From positions 32,001 to 96,000 of the forward strand of contig CAWHAE010000015.1 of NCBI GenBank assembly GCA_963827235.1: a stretch of DNA of 64,000 bases, read 5' to 3'. Of this stretch, positions 40,382 through 49,597 are shown one piece after another. The notes beneath the pieces are model-generated. The model had not been told where the DNA came from, did not search any database, and was given only the letters and a program-made list of their open reading frames with translations. Numbering within the stretch: the first letter of the stretch is position 1; every line of letters starts with the position of its first letter. The stretch comes from an uncultured bacterium. GTDB taxonomy: Bacteria; Chloroflexota; UBA5177; JANWHV01. A program made the position numbers and the translations under genes.

Positions 40382-41585
40382 GCCGGACGCCGCGGCGTCC
40401 GTTTCTCGTACGGGCGTGACGCGCGTGCTGATGGTGACACCCCGCTATTATCCGCTGTCCGGCGGCGTGGAGCATCACGTCCGGCAGGTGGCCGAACGGC
40501 TGGCGCGCCTCGGCATCGAGGTCTCCGTGCTGACGACCGATCCGTCGGGGCGGCTCCGGCGGCGGGAGCTGCTCGACGGCGTCACGGTGCGGCGTGTCCG
40601 GGCGTGGCCGTCCAATCGCGACTACTACTTCGCGCCGTCTATCTACACGTCGATCCGCCGCGGGGACTGGGATATCGTGCATTGCCAGTCTTACCACACA
40701 CTGGTCGCGCCCCTGGCCATGGCCGCCGCGGTGCGGGCCGGCCTTCCCTACGTGGTGACGTTTCACGGCGGTGGAAGCAGCTCGCGCCTGCGACATGCCG
40801 CTCGCGGGCAGCAGCTCCGACTGCTCCGCCCCCTGCTGGCCCGCGCGGACAAGCTCGTGGCCGTGGCGGGGTTCGAGGTCGATCTGTATGGAAAGCTCCT
40901 TGGTGTCCCTCGCGACCGCTTCGCGGTCATTCCCAACGGGGCGGATGTGACTGCCGTGCCGCATCCCGACGCGCCGCCGCCGTCCGGATCGCTGATCATC
41001 TCGATCGGCCGGCTGGAGCGCTACAAGGGGCACCAGCGCATTCTCGCCGCCTTCCCCGCCGTTCTGGCCCGGCGTCCCGACGCCCGGCTGTGGATCATGG
41101 GAGAAGGCCGATACGAGGGCGCCTTGCGCAAGCAGGCGCAGGATCTTCGCGTGGCAGATCGGGTAGAGATTCGCGCCATTCCTCCGGGCAACCGTCAGGC
41201 CATGGCCGATGCCCTCTCCGGGGCCGCGCTGGTCACCCTGCTCAGCGAGTACGAGACGCATCCGATCGCCGTGCTCGAGGCGTTGGCGCTCGGGCGATCG
41301 GTGCTCGTGGCCGATACGTCGGGTCTACACGAGCTGGCAATGAAGGGCCTGGTCCGGGCGATCCCTCTTGTTTCCACACCCCGGCAGGTTGCCGCGGCAG
41401 TGCTGGCCCAGCTCGAGCAGCCCCTGCAGCCAAAGGACGTCGTACTGCCGACCTGGGATAGCTGTACTCATGAGCTTCTGGCACTCTATGATAGGGTATG
41501 GCTCGATCGCGCGGCCCGCACAGGCAGCTGCGGAAGTGCAGCGTCCACACGACATGGGGGTCGGGACGTAGCTCTCCGTGCCTGA
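40368..41585 (+). CDS. Glycosyltransferase family 4
   Basis: GGVEHH, IPNG, GRLERYKG, ETHPIAVLEA (EX7E). Confidence 0.9.
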   Translation: MAASRPDAAASVSRTGVTRVLMVTPRYYPLSGGVEHHVRQVAERLARLGIEVSVLTTDPSGRLRRRELLDGVTVRRVRAWPSNRDYYFAPSIYTSIRRGDWDIVHCQSYHTLVAPLAMAAAVRAGLPYVVTFHGGGSSSRLRHAARGQQLRLLRPLLARADKLVAVAGFEVDLYGKLLGVPRDRFAVIPNGADVTAVPHPDAPPPSGSLIISIGRLERYKGHQRILAAFPAVLARRPDARLWIMGEGRYEGALRKQAQDLRVADRVEIRAIPPGNRQAMADALSGAALVTLLSEYETHPIAVLEALALGRSVLVADTSGLHELAMKGLVRAIPLVSTPRQVAAAVLAQLEQPLQPKDVVLPTWDSCTHELLALYDRVWLDRAARTGSCGSAASTRHGGRDVALRA

Positions 41586-42924
41586 CGCTCTTGGAGACAG
41601 GCCGTCCTCCGTCGACGGGGACGAGAACCGGAAGCCTTCAGCTTCCGGGCCGCAAGATGAGGAGGACAGAGTCATTCGCGTTCTGATGCTCTCGCAGTTC
41701 TACCCGCCAACGCTGGGTGGCGAGGAGCAGCACGTGCACGCGCTGAGTACCTCCCTGGCGGCCCGTGGACATTCAACGTCGGTGGCCACGCTCTGGCGCC
41801 CCGGTCTTCCCGAGATCGAGACCGATAAGGGCGTGACCGTCTACCGCATACGGGGTGTCGCACAGCGCATACCCTGGGCCTACCAGGAGAGCGATCGACG
41901 GCACACGCCGCCGGTCCCGGACCCCGAGCTTGCCTGGCATCTGCGCACGGTTGTGATGCGCGAGCGACCAGACATCGTGCACGCGCACAACTGGATGGTC
42001 CATTCCTTCCTGCCGCTCAAGTCCATGAGCCGCAGCAAGCTGGTGCTCACGCTCCATGACTACAGTCTGATCTGCGCCCAGAAGCGGCTCATGTACGAGC
42101 ACACGCCCTGCAGTGGGCCGGGAGCGATCAAGTGCCTGCGCTGTTGCGGTGCCCACTATGGCACGCTGAAGGGCATGCCGATCGCGGCGGCGAACTGGGT
42201 AATGAGCCTCGAAGAGAGGCGGTCGGTCGACTGGTTTCTAGCCGTCAGCCAGGCGGTCGCCGATCGGAACAGGCTGCCTGTTTCGCGTACGGAGGTGGTG
42301 CCGAACCTCGTGCCCGACGAGCTGGGGAATCTGCAGGGCGATCCGCCACCCGAGCTGGACCAGCTCCCGCAAGGCGACTTCATCCTCTTCGCCGGCGACC
42401 TGAGCGCGGACAAGGGCGTGCCGGTGCTGCTTGCCGCCTACGCCAAGCTTTCGTCGCCGCCGCCGCTCGTGCTGCTGGGCCGGCGATGTGCGGACACACC
42501 GACCACGCTGCCGCCCGGTGCCAGGATGTTCTTCAGTTGGCCGCGCCGCTCGGTGCTCTGGGCCTGGAGCCGGTGCATGCTGGCGGTGGTGCCTTCGGTC
42601 TGGGAAGAGCCGTGGGGGACGGTGGCGGTGGAAGCGATGGTCATGGGTAAGCCTGTGATCGCCTCGCGCTTCGGCGGTCTGCCGGACCTCGTTGCCGACG
42701 GACTGACGGGTCTGCTCGTACCGCCGGGCGACATCGAGGCCCTGCGCGCGGCATTGGCGAGGATCCTGAACGACCGCGACGAACGCGAGCGCATGGGCCG
42801 GGCCGCACTGAAGCATGCGACCCGGTTCTACGTCAGCTCAGTAGTCCCGCGCATCGAGCAGGTCTACCGCAGCCTGATGCAGCAGGAGCCGCGCGCTGGG
42901 CAGGGCAGCGAACTGGCCGGCTAG
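41578..42924 (+). CDS. Glycosyltransferase family 4
   Basis: GGEEQH, VHAHN, TLHDY..C, PSVWEEPWGTVAVEAM. Confidence 0.9.
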   Translation: MPDALGDRPSSVDGDENRKPSASGPQDEEDRVIRVLMLSQFYPPTLGGEEQHVHALSTSLAARGHSTSVATLWRPGLPEIETDKGVTVYRIRGVAQRIPWAYQESDRRHTPPVPDPELAWHLRTVVMRERPDIVHAHNWMVHSFLPLKSMSRSKLVLTLHDYSLICAQKRLMYEHTPCSGPGAIKCLRCCGAHYGTLKGMPIAAANWVMSLEERRSVDWFLAVSQAVADRNRLPVSRTEVVPNLVPDELGNLQGDPPPELDQLPQGDFILFAGDLSADKGVPVLLAAYAKLSSPPPLVLLGRRCADTPTTLPPGARMFFSWPRRSVLWAWSRCMLAVVPSVWEEPWGTVAVEAMVMGKPVIASRFGGLPDLVADGLTGLLVPPGDIEALRAALARILNDRDERERMGRAALKHATRFYVSSVVPRIEQVYRSLMQQEPRAGQGSELAG

Positions 42925-42937
42925 GGACACGCGCGGC

Positions 42938-44800
42938 ATGGCAAGTGTGAGCTCACGCGATGACGACGCTCAGCTAGAGGCGACGGGGCCCGCTCAGGGT
43001 GCTCAGGCTGTCGACCTGGGATGGCTCCCTGCTCTCAGCGTGGTCGCAGCCGGCGGCCTGCTGCTGGTCGCGCTGGCCGACATGGCCGCGCGCGCGTCCA
43101 TGCACCTGGCGGCGCTGGTCTTCTGGCTCGGCCTGCTCATGCTGATCTGTCCGATTGCCGCGCGTCTGCTCTCCACCGCCGCTTCAGGCGGCGAGCGTCT
43201 CGGCCTCGTGGTGTTGCTCGGCATGGGGCTCTACGGCGTGAAGATGCTGCACAGCCCCCTCTACTTTACGTTCGTGGACGAGCTGCAGCACTGGCCCACG
43301 GCCGGCGACATACTGAGCACGAGCCACCTCTTCCACCTCAATTCCGTGCTGCCGGTCAGCTCGCTCTACCCATCCCTGGAGATCATCACGGAGGCGCTGT
43401 CCGCCCTTGGCGGGCTGTCCATCTTTGCCTCCGGCGTGATCGTGATGGCCGTGGCGCGGTTCATGCTCGCGCTGGCGCTGTTCCTGTACTACCGGCAGAT
43501 CGGCGGCTCGGCTCGGATCGCCGCTTTGGGCGTGATGCTCTACATGGCCAACCCCAACTTCATCTATTTCGACGCGCAGTTTTCCTACGAATCACTGGCC
43601 CTGCCGATAGCCGTTCTCGTGCTCTACGCGCTGGCGCGCCGCGAAGGAGCGCCGGCCAACCAGATGGCCGGCCTGGCGGCCGTGCTCGTGCTGGGGATCG
43701 CCATGATCGTGACCACGCACCACATGACCAGCTACATGCTGGCTGCCTTTGCCGTGCTCTGGGCTGCCATCGCCGCGCTGAAGGGCGGCGTGCGCGCCGC
43801 GGTCGGCCCGGGCGGTGTTGCCGTGCTGACCATTGCCCTGGCCCTGGCCTGGCTGTGCTTCGTGGCGTCGCTCACGATCAGCTACCTGGCGCCCAACTTC
43901 GTCGACGCGATGCAGCAGGTCGTGAAGCTCATAGCGCGAGAATCGGGGCCGCGGCAGCTCTTTCACTCCTCGACGTCCGGCTACGTGGCACCCGTCTGGG
44001 AACGCATCGCCGGCTTCGGCTCGATAGTCTGCATACTGGTGGGGCTGCCGTTCGGCTGGCTCTGCGTCTGGCGTGGGCGGCCCTGCAGCGCTCCGGTGCT
44101 GGCGCACGCGCTCGCCGCCCTGATCTATCCCCCCACGCTCTTCCTGCGTCTGACGTCCGGGGGCGCCGAGATCTCGAACCGGGCCTCGGAATTCGTGTTC
44201 ATTCCCGTAGCCTACATCCTGGCCGCCGGCATCGTGGAATACCGCGTCTTCGGGTGGCTCGAGCGCATCAAGCCGGTAGCGCTGCTGCCCTGGGTGGCAG
44301 TGATCTTCGTCGGCGGCCTGATCGTGGGATGGCCGCCCTGGGCGCGACAGCCTGGACCCTACCTGGTGGGAGCCGACTCCCGATCGATCGAGCCCCAGGG
44401 CGTCGACGCGGCGGAGTGGGCGGCGAGCGTGCTCGGACCCGGACACCGCGTGGCGGCAGATCGCACGAACACCCTGCTCATGAACAGCTACGGGAGGCAG
44501 TATGTAGTGACGCACCTGGAAGACAACGTGGACGTGTCCGGCATTTACTTCTCGCCGACCATGGGCTCCAACGAGCTCGACACGCTTCGCAAAGGCAAGA
44601 TCCGCTATCTGGTGGTGGATATGCGGCTGAGCACGGGAGTGCCTCAGGGTGGGCCGTTCTTCGAGGTGGATAGTAATGACTCGCATCCCATTGCCGCGGC
44701 CGCGCTGGCGAAGTTCGACCAATTCCCCTTGATCGATCGCGAGTTCGACAGCGGACAGATCGTGGTCTACGACACGCAGGCGCTGAGCAATGCGCCCTAG
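42938..44800 (+). CDS. Polytopic membrane protein, probable GT-C/polysaccharide polymerase (DUF2206-like)
   Basis: More than 12 TM helices; FVDE acidic motif in an early loop; THHMTS; C-terminal soluble domain; lies within a GT operon. Confidence 0.6.
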   Translation: MASVSSRDDDAQLEATGPAQGAQAVDLGWLPALSVVAAGGLLLVALADMAARASMHLAALVFWLGLLMLICPIAARLLSTAASGGERLGLVVLLGMGLYGVKMLHSPLYFTFVDELQHWPTAGDILSTSHLFHLNSVLPVSSLYPSLEIITEALSALGGLSIFASGVIVMAVARFMLALALFLYYRQIGGSARIAALGVMLYMANPNFIYFDAQFSYESLALPIAVLVLYALARREGAPANQMAGLAAVLVLGIAMIVTTHHMTSYMLAAFAVLWAAIAALKGGVRAAVGPGGVAVLTIALALAWLCFVASLTISYLAPNFVDAMQQVVKLIARESGPRQLFHSSTSGYVAPVWERIAGFGSIVCILVGLPFGWLCVWRGRPCSAPVLAHALAALIYPPTLFLRLTSGGAEISNRASEFVFIPVAYILAAGIVEYRVFGWLERIKPVALLPWVAVIFVGGLIVGWPPWARQPGPYLVGADSRSIEPQGVDAAEWAASVLGPGHRVAADRTNTLLMNSYGRQYVVTHLEDNVDVSGIYFSPTMGSNELDTLRKGKIRYLVVDMRLSTGVPQGGPFFEVDSNDSHPIAAAALAKFDQFPLIDREFDSGQIVVYDTQALSNAP

Positions 44801-45605
44801 CCGAGCCCTGCTCCTGGCGGCCGTCACCGTCGCGGCGGCGCTGATCTGCCTGCTGCCTGTGCCGGATGCGCTGGGCTGGCTGCGCGCGGCCTGCGCGGTG
44901 CTGCTGGTCCTGGTCCTGCCGGGGCTGGCGGTCACCGCGGCCCTGTTTCCCTGGCACACGCTCTCCGTCGCGGTGCGCCTGCTCTTCACCGTGGGGCTGA
45001 GCGTGTGCATCACGGCCTTGCTCGGCTACGTGCTGAACTGGAACGGCCCGGGACTGCAGCGCATCTGGTGGATCGGCGCCCTGGGCTACCTGACGCAGCT
45101 CGCGGCCGTCATAGCCGTGATCCGCCGGCGCGACGCCGAGCGTTTCCGCAGCCAGATGACCTCTCTCGCACCGCTACGCGATTTGCCCCCGGCGTGGTCC
45201 GCCACTCGCGCGCCGGTGTTTCGCATCCGCCGCGGGGCGTGCCTTCTCTTTGCCCTGGCGGCACTGATCACCACCACCGCGTTCGCGATCAATTATGTCA
45301 ACGCGAATGACGAGACCGGTCCCGGCTTCACGCAGTTGTGGATGCTTCCCACGGCGACCAATGCGGTGAGGCTGGGGGTGACGAATCACGAAGGCCGGAC
45401 CGTGCGCTACCGGCTCGTGCTCTCCGTTCCCGGCACCTCGCTGGCTTCCTGGCCGGCCCTGGCACTGCAGCCGGGCCACACCTGGACCGGCACCGTCTCC
45501 CTTCCGTCGTGGCTGCCCTTCGGCACCGAGCTGACCGGCACGCTCTACCGCGGCAGCGGCCCGCACGCCGTCCCCTACCGGCACGTGACCTACTGGACGC
45601 ACTAG
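44790..45605 (+). CDS. DUF1616-like membrane protein
   Basis: LPGLAVTAALFP..R....GLS, FTQLWML, GVTNHEG..Y.L, PYRHV. Confidence 0.65.
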   Translation: MRPSRALLLAAVTVAAALICLLPVPDALGWLRAACAVLLVLVLPGLAVTAALFPWHTLSVAVRLLFTVGLSVCITALLGYVLNWNGPGLQRIWWIGALGYLTQLAAVIAVIRRRDAERFRSQMTSLAPLRDLPPAWSATRAPVFRIRRGACLLFALAALITTTAFAINYVNANDETGPGFTQLWMLPTATNAVRLGVTNHEGRTVRYRLVLSVPGTSLASWPALALQPGHTWTGTVSLPSWLPFGTELTGTLYRGSGPHAVPYRHVTYWTH

Positions 45606-45779
45606 GGGCCTGACGGCAGCGAAAGCTCAGGCTTCCCGAGACCGCAGCCGCCCCGCTGCTGCGGTGACACCGCCGTGTCAGGCCGCGCTGCACCGTCCGG
45701 GGCCATCACGCTCCCCGGGTCGAGCTCCCTGTTCTCCGCCATGTCGTGCCCGGCCGGCACGACTGGTACTAATATCGAT

Positions 45780-45799
45780 ACGATACTATTGCGTTTCGT
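45780..45799. promoter_or_regulatory. Putative TetR operator upstream of the MFS-TetR operon
   Basis: Imperfect palindrome ACGATAC-N6-GTTTCGT in an AT-rich promoter region. Confidence 0.45.
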
Positions 45800-45856
45800 T
45801 ATCTGTTGTGATATACCGGATGGGAAAGGTAGTTGCCAAGCGGTTTGGAGACCCTC

Positions 45857-47416
45857 ATGCGCGCGCCTTCGAAGTATCTGATCGCTATCGTGGCGGCACT
45901 GGCACTCTTCCCCGTCGGCCTTGACAGCATGATCGTCAGCGTGGCCATCGTGCCGATCAGTCGCTCCATGCATACCACCGCCGACGTCGTGCAATGGATT
46001 ATGCTCGGTTATCTGCTGGCCAACGCCGCCGTAACTCCCCTGGGCGGCTACCTGGGCAACCGCCTGGGTGCCAAGCGGCTCTTCCTTCTGGGCATCGCCG
46101 TCTTTACGCTGTGTTCGTTCCTCTGCGGCGTGGCGGCCGACCAGACCTGGCTCGTGGCTTTCCGCGTGCTGCAGGGCCTCGGCGGCGGGTTCATCATTCC
46201 GCTGGGCGTGGCCGTGGCCCTGGCTCAGTTTCCCGCGAAGGAGCGGGCAAGAGGCATGGCGGCCGTTGCTCTCCCCATGCTGCTTGCGCCGGTGCTCGGT
46301 CCAATCGTGGGCGGCGTGATCATCGACAGTTTTAGCTGGCAGGCTATCTTCTTCGTCAACGTTCCGGTCGGTGCCCTGGCTGTGCTCCTCAACTGGCTCG
46401 TCGTACCGGCCGACCAAACGCGCGACGACCAGGCACGCGCCTCGTTCGATACTCCCGGCCTGGCCCTGTCGATGGTCGGCGTGGCGCTCGTCGTCTACGC
46501 CTTCAAGCTGGTGAGCCAGATCGATCCCGGCACCCGGAGCGCACTGAACCCGGGAGGCAGCATGTATGGCTGGGGCTACTGGCTGGTCTGGCTCCTGTTG
46601 GGCATAGGCTCCGCTCTGCTGGCTATCTTCGCCGTGCACGCCCTGCGCAACGACGATCCGGTGCTGGACCTGCGATTGTTCGCGGACCGCAACTTCACGC
46701 TGAGCAATCTGACCCAATGGATACAGGCTACGCTCACCTTTGGCGTTCTCTTCCTGGTGCCGGTGTACCTGGAGCAGATCCGGGTGCCGAACCTCTCTCC
46801 CCTGCACACCGGCCTGGCTCTGCTTCCTCTTGGGCTGGCCACGATCGTGGGCATGGTGCTGGCTACTCGGCTCTACCGCCCACTCGGCGTGCGTCCCCTC
46901 GTGGTGCTCGGCGGCGCCCTGACGGCCGTGGCAGCCTGGCAGCTGGCCACCCTCGGTCCCACGACCTCGATCGTCGACTTTTCACCCTGGCTGGCCCTGA
47001 TCGGCATGAGCACGACGCTGCTCGCCCTGCCGACGAACACGCTGGCACTGCAGTCGCTCACCGGCGAAGCACTCAACAAGGCCAGCTCGCTGGTGACGTC
47101 GACCAAGCTGCTTTTCGGCGCCATCGGGCCGGCGGTACTGGTAACCTACTTCCAGCAGCAGACGACCTGGCATGCCAATCGTTTGAGCGTCGTCCTGGCT
47201 CATGCACACGGCACAGCAGGAGGGGCCGGCGCGCCGACGAGCGGGCTGCTGGCCGCGCGGGTGGGATCGAGTGCGCTGCACGACGTCTTCCTGGTCATAG
47301 CCTGGATCTCGCTCGTGATAGTTGCCCTGGGTCTGTGCCTGCCGGGACGTGCGGGGTCGGCGCACAAGGCCGCGGCGGCATGGCGCCTGCCGGAGGCGGC
47401 ACCGGTATCGCTCTAG
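45857..47416 (+). CDS. DHA2-family (14-TM) MFS efflux transporter
   Basis: LDSMIVSVA, GYLGNRLGAKR, RVLQGLGGG, FFVNVPVG, PVLDLRLF. Confidence 0.92.
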   Translation: MRAPSKYLIAIVAALALFPVGLDSMIVSVAIVPISRSMHTTADVVQWIMLGYLLANAAVTPLGGYLGNRLGAKRLFLLGIAVFTLCSFLCGVAADQTWLVAFRVLQGLGGGFIIPLGVAVALAQFPAKERARGMAAVALPMLLAPVLGPIVGGVIIDSFSWQAIFFVNVPVGALAVLLNWLVVPADQTRDDQARASFDTPGLALSMVGVALVVYAFKLVSQIDPGTRSALNPGGSMYGWGYWLVWLLLGIGSALLAIFAVHALRNDDPVLDLRLFADRNFTLSNLTQWIQATLTFGVLFLVPVYLEQIRVPNLSPLHTGLALLPLGLATIVGMVLATRLYRPLGVRPLVVLGGALTAVAAWQLATLGPTTSIVDFSPWLALIGMSTTLLALPTNTLALQSLTGEALNKASSLVTSTKLLFGAIGPAVLVTYFQQQTTWHANRLSVVLAHAHGTAGGAGAPTSGLLAARVGSSALHDVFLVIAWISLVIVALGLCLPGRAGSAHKAAAAWRLPEAAPVSL

Positions 47417-47433
47417 CATTCGAAGGAGTGGGC

Positions 47434-48129
47434 ATGGACGCATTACCGCCGGGAGTCGACGACGCAATCTCCGGCTCGCATGGCGGTGAGCGCCGCACCC
47501 GGCCGAAGCGCGACAAGCACGCGACCACCCTGCCCGTGCGCACACCGGGTCGACCGCGCAGCGCCGAAGCGCACAGGGCGATTCTGGACGCTGCCGTCGA
47601 GCTGCTCGCCGAAGAGGGATTCGAAGGCTTGAGCATCGAGCGAGTGGCGGCGCGCGCCGGCGTGGGCAAGACCACGGTCTACCGGCGCTGGACGACCAAA
47701 GAAGCCCTGATCGTGGCCGCGGTCCAGGGACTGCACGCGGACTATCCCCTGATCGATACCGGCAACCTGCGCGACGATCTGCAGGCTCTGGCTCGTACCG
47801 GCGAACAGCCGCGCGCGCAGGAGTTGTTGCCCCGGCTGCTGCCGCGCTTCATCAGTCAGGTGGCGGCCAATCCCACGGTATTCGACGCCTTCTGGCAGGC
47901 CATGATCATGCCGCGACTGCAGCGGTTGATCGAGATGATCGAGCGCGCCAAGGCGCGTGGCGAGCTGCGCGCCGACGTAGAGCCCGCCGCGGTGGTCGAG
48001 CTGTTCGGCGGTGCCTTTTACTTCCAGATGCTCTTCGGCCGGCTGCTCGGCCTGCCGCCTTCGGATTTCGCCCGGCGCCTGATCGACACGCTCTGGCAGG
48101 GGATCGCGTCTCCCGATCCGGCGCCATGA
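47434..48129 (+). CDS. TetR/AcrR-family transcriptional regulator
   Basis: GRPRS..AILDAA..GLSIERVAARAGVGKTTVYRRW, DTGNLRDDL; SD aaggag. Confidence 0.92.
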   Translation: MDALPPGVDDAISGSHGGERRTRPKRDKHATTLPVRTPGRPRSAEAHRAILDAAVELLAEEGFEGLSIERVAARAGVGKTTVYRRWTTKEALIVAAVQGLHADYPLIDTGNLRDDLQALARTGEQPRAQELLPRLLPRFISQVAANPTVFDAFWQAMIMPRLQRLIEMIERAKARGELRADVEPAAVVELFGGAFYFQMLFGRLLGLPPSDFARRLIDTLWQGIASPDPAP

Positions 48130-48285
48130 CGGGTTCTCTGCAATGTCCGAAGGATTGTCCCCGCTAAGGGCCGTGGTGTCTAGCGGGGACGGAACCGGCT
48201 GCTCGTCCGAGAGCAGCTCGAGGCACGGCGGAGCCGTGCGGCTGTGGAGGCATGGTGGTGCGATCCAGGCCGCGCTTGTCGGCAC

Positions 48286-49179
48286 TCAGCGATTCGGCGC
48301 CACCGGAGCTAGAGTAGCCCGCTCAGCACGCAGCAGTACGTGCACAATCGACGCATCGGCATCACTACCAACAGCCTGCGCGTACATGGCCTCAAAGGCT
48401 GCAGCCAAGGCGGCACCGTAGGGGTGGAGACCGAAGTGCGGCGTTTGGTGATCGACCGCCCACTGGTAGTATCGATTCGTCGCTTCGCCCGCGCGGGCCA
48501 GTGTCGCCAGAGTAGCTCTGCCATGGTGGACGAGATAAGCATGGCTCCGAAACGGAAACGAGAGTATGCGCTGAGCCTGCGCAGCCACATCGTGCTGCAG
48601 GTGCCGCGCGGGGTCACCGTCTTCCAGAAAAGGACGATGCCGCGGCTGCCAGACTGCTGCCGGCTCGAACAGCAGGCTGTTCAGGGCTACCGGCCGTTCA
48701 GTCAGCTGCGGGCCTTGCGCATCGCCGTCGTCCGGCTCGCCGGCAAGCACTGCCCCCGTGCTCGCGAGTGCCGCGACGGCCGCGGTCAGGGTGTCCGAGC
48801 GGAGGAGATACACGTCCGTATCGAGGACCCACACCAGATTCAGATCGAGGGCACCGCTGCCCTGCAGCGCCGCGAGGTGGTTGACTCCTTGCGTGAGCGC
48901 TGGGCCGTGGTAGCGTTGCTGGTCGTTCACAATCGGTTCGACCAGGCCCGCCTCACCCAGCGCGGCGAGCAGCGACCGCGATCCATCAGTCGAGGCATTG
49001 TCGACGACGACGACAGCCTGGATTGCTCCGGGGGTAAGGACGCATCGGAGGCCGAAGAGCAAGCGGGCGAGCAGGTGCCGGGTATTGTAGTTGACCGCCA
49101 CCACGCCCACCCTCGGTGGCTCGTCCCGCCGGACGCGTGTAAGCACTGGCCATGGGCGCATCGGCTCGTCTCCTACCAT
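48286..49179 (-). CDS. Glycosyltransferase family 2-like protein
   Basis: VVAVNYNT, VVVDNASTDGS, LDTD (DxD). Confidence 0.75.
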   Translation of the reverse strand: MVGDEPMRPWPVLTRVRRDEPPRVGVVAVNYNTRHLLARLLFGLRCVLTPGAIQAVVVVDNASTDGSRSLLAALGEAGLVEPIVNDQQRYHGPALTQGVNHLAALQGSGALDLNLVWVLDTDVYLLRSDTLTAAVAALASTGAVLAGEPDDGDAQGPQLTERPVALNSLLFEPAAVWQPRHRPFLEDGDPARHLQHDVAAQAQRILSFPFRSHAYLVHHGRATLATLARAGEATNRYYQWAVDHQTPHFGLHPYGAALAAAFEAMYAQAVGSDADASIVHVLLRAERATLAPVAPNR

Positions 49180-49597
49180 GAGCCGCAGCCTCTCTTTCCA
49201 TCATGGCACGCCCAGCCGGCTCGTGTGTCAGGAAGCGTGCTATCTCAGTCCCGACACACAACAGCAACCACCGCGTGACCGGTGCTGTCATTGACGCAGC
49301 GACGGCCCGTACGTGCTGCTTGCCGGCGCATTTCATCCCCGTATCGTATCTCTAGCTGCTATTGGCACGCAGGGCGGTCCTGATACGCTTCACCTCGTCG
49401 CACAACACTCCACGCAGAACGATCAGTCCATATCCAGTTCAGCTAGACTCGCCTGGCGATGTGCAACAGGCGTCTCTGGAAGCACGAGTCTGGCTGCTCG
49501 GCACTGCTCGAGCTGTATGCTCAGTGTGGCACGCCACCAACGGACAATCATCAGCCGGCGGGCTGAGTAGCACTCGAGACAGGGCAAGTACACTGAG

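Noticed and set aside
46717-47433. Long N-terminal extension on TetR
   Set aside because: Off-frame overlap with the MFS gene; a clear SD and ATG lie at 47434.
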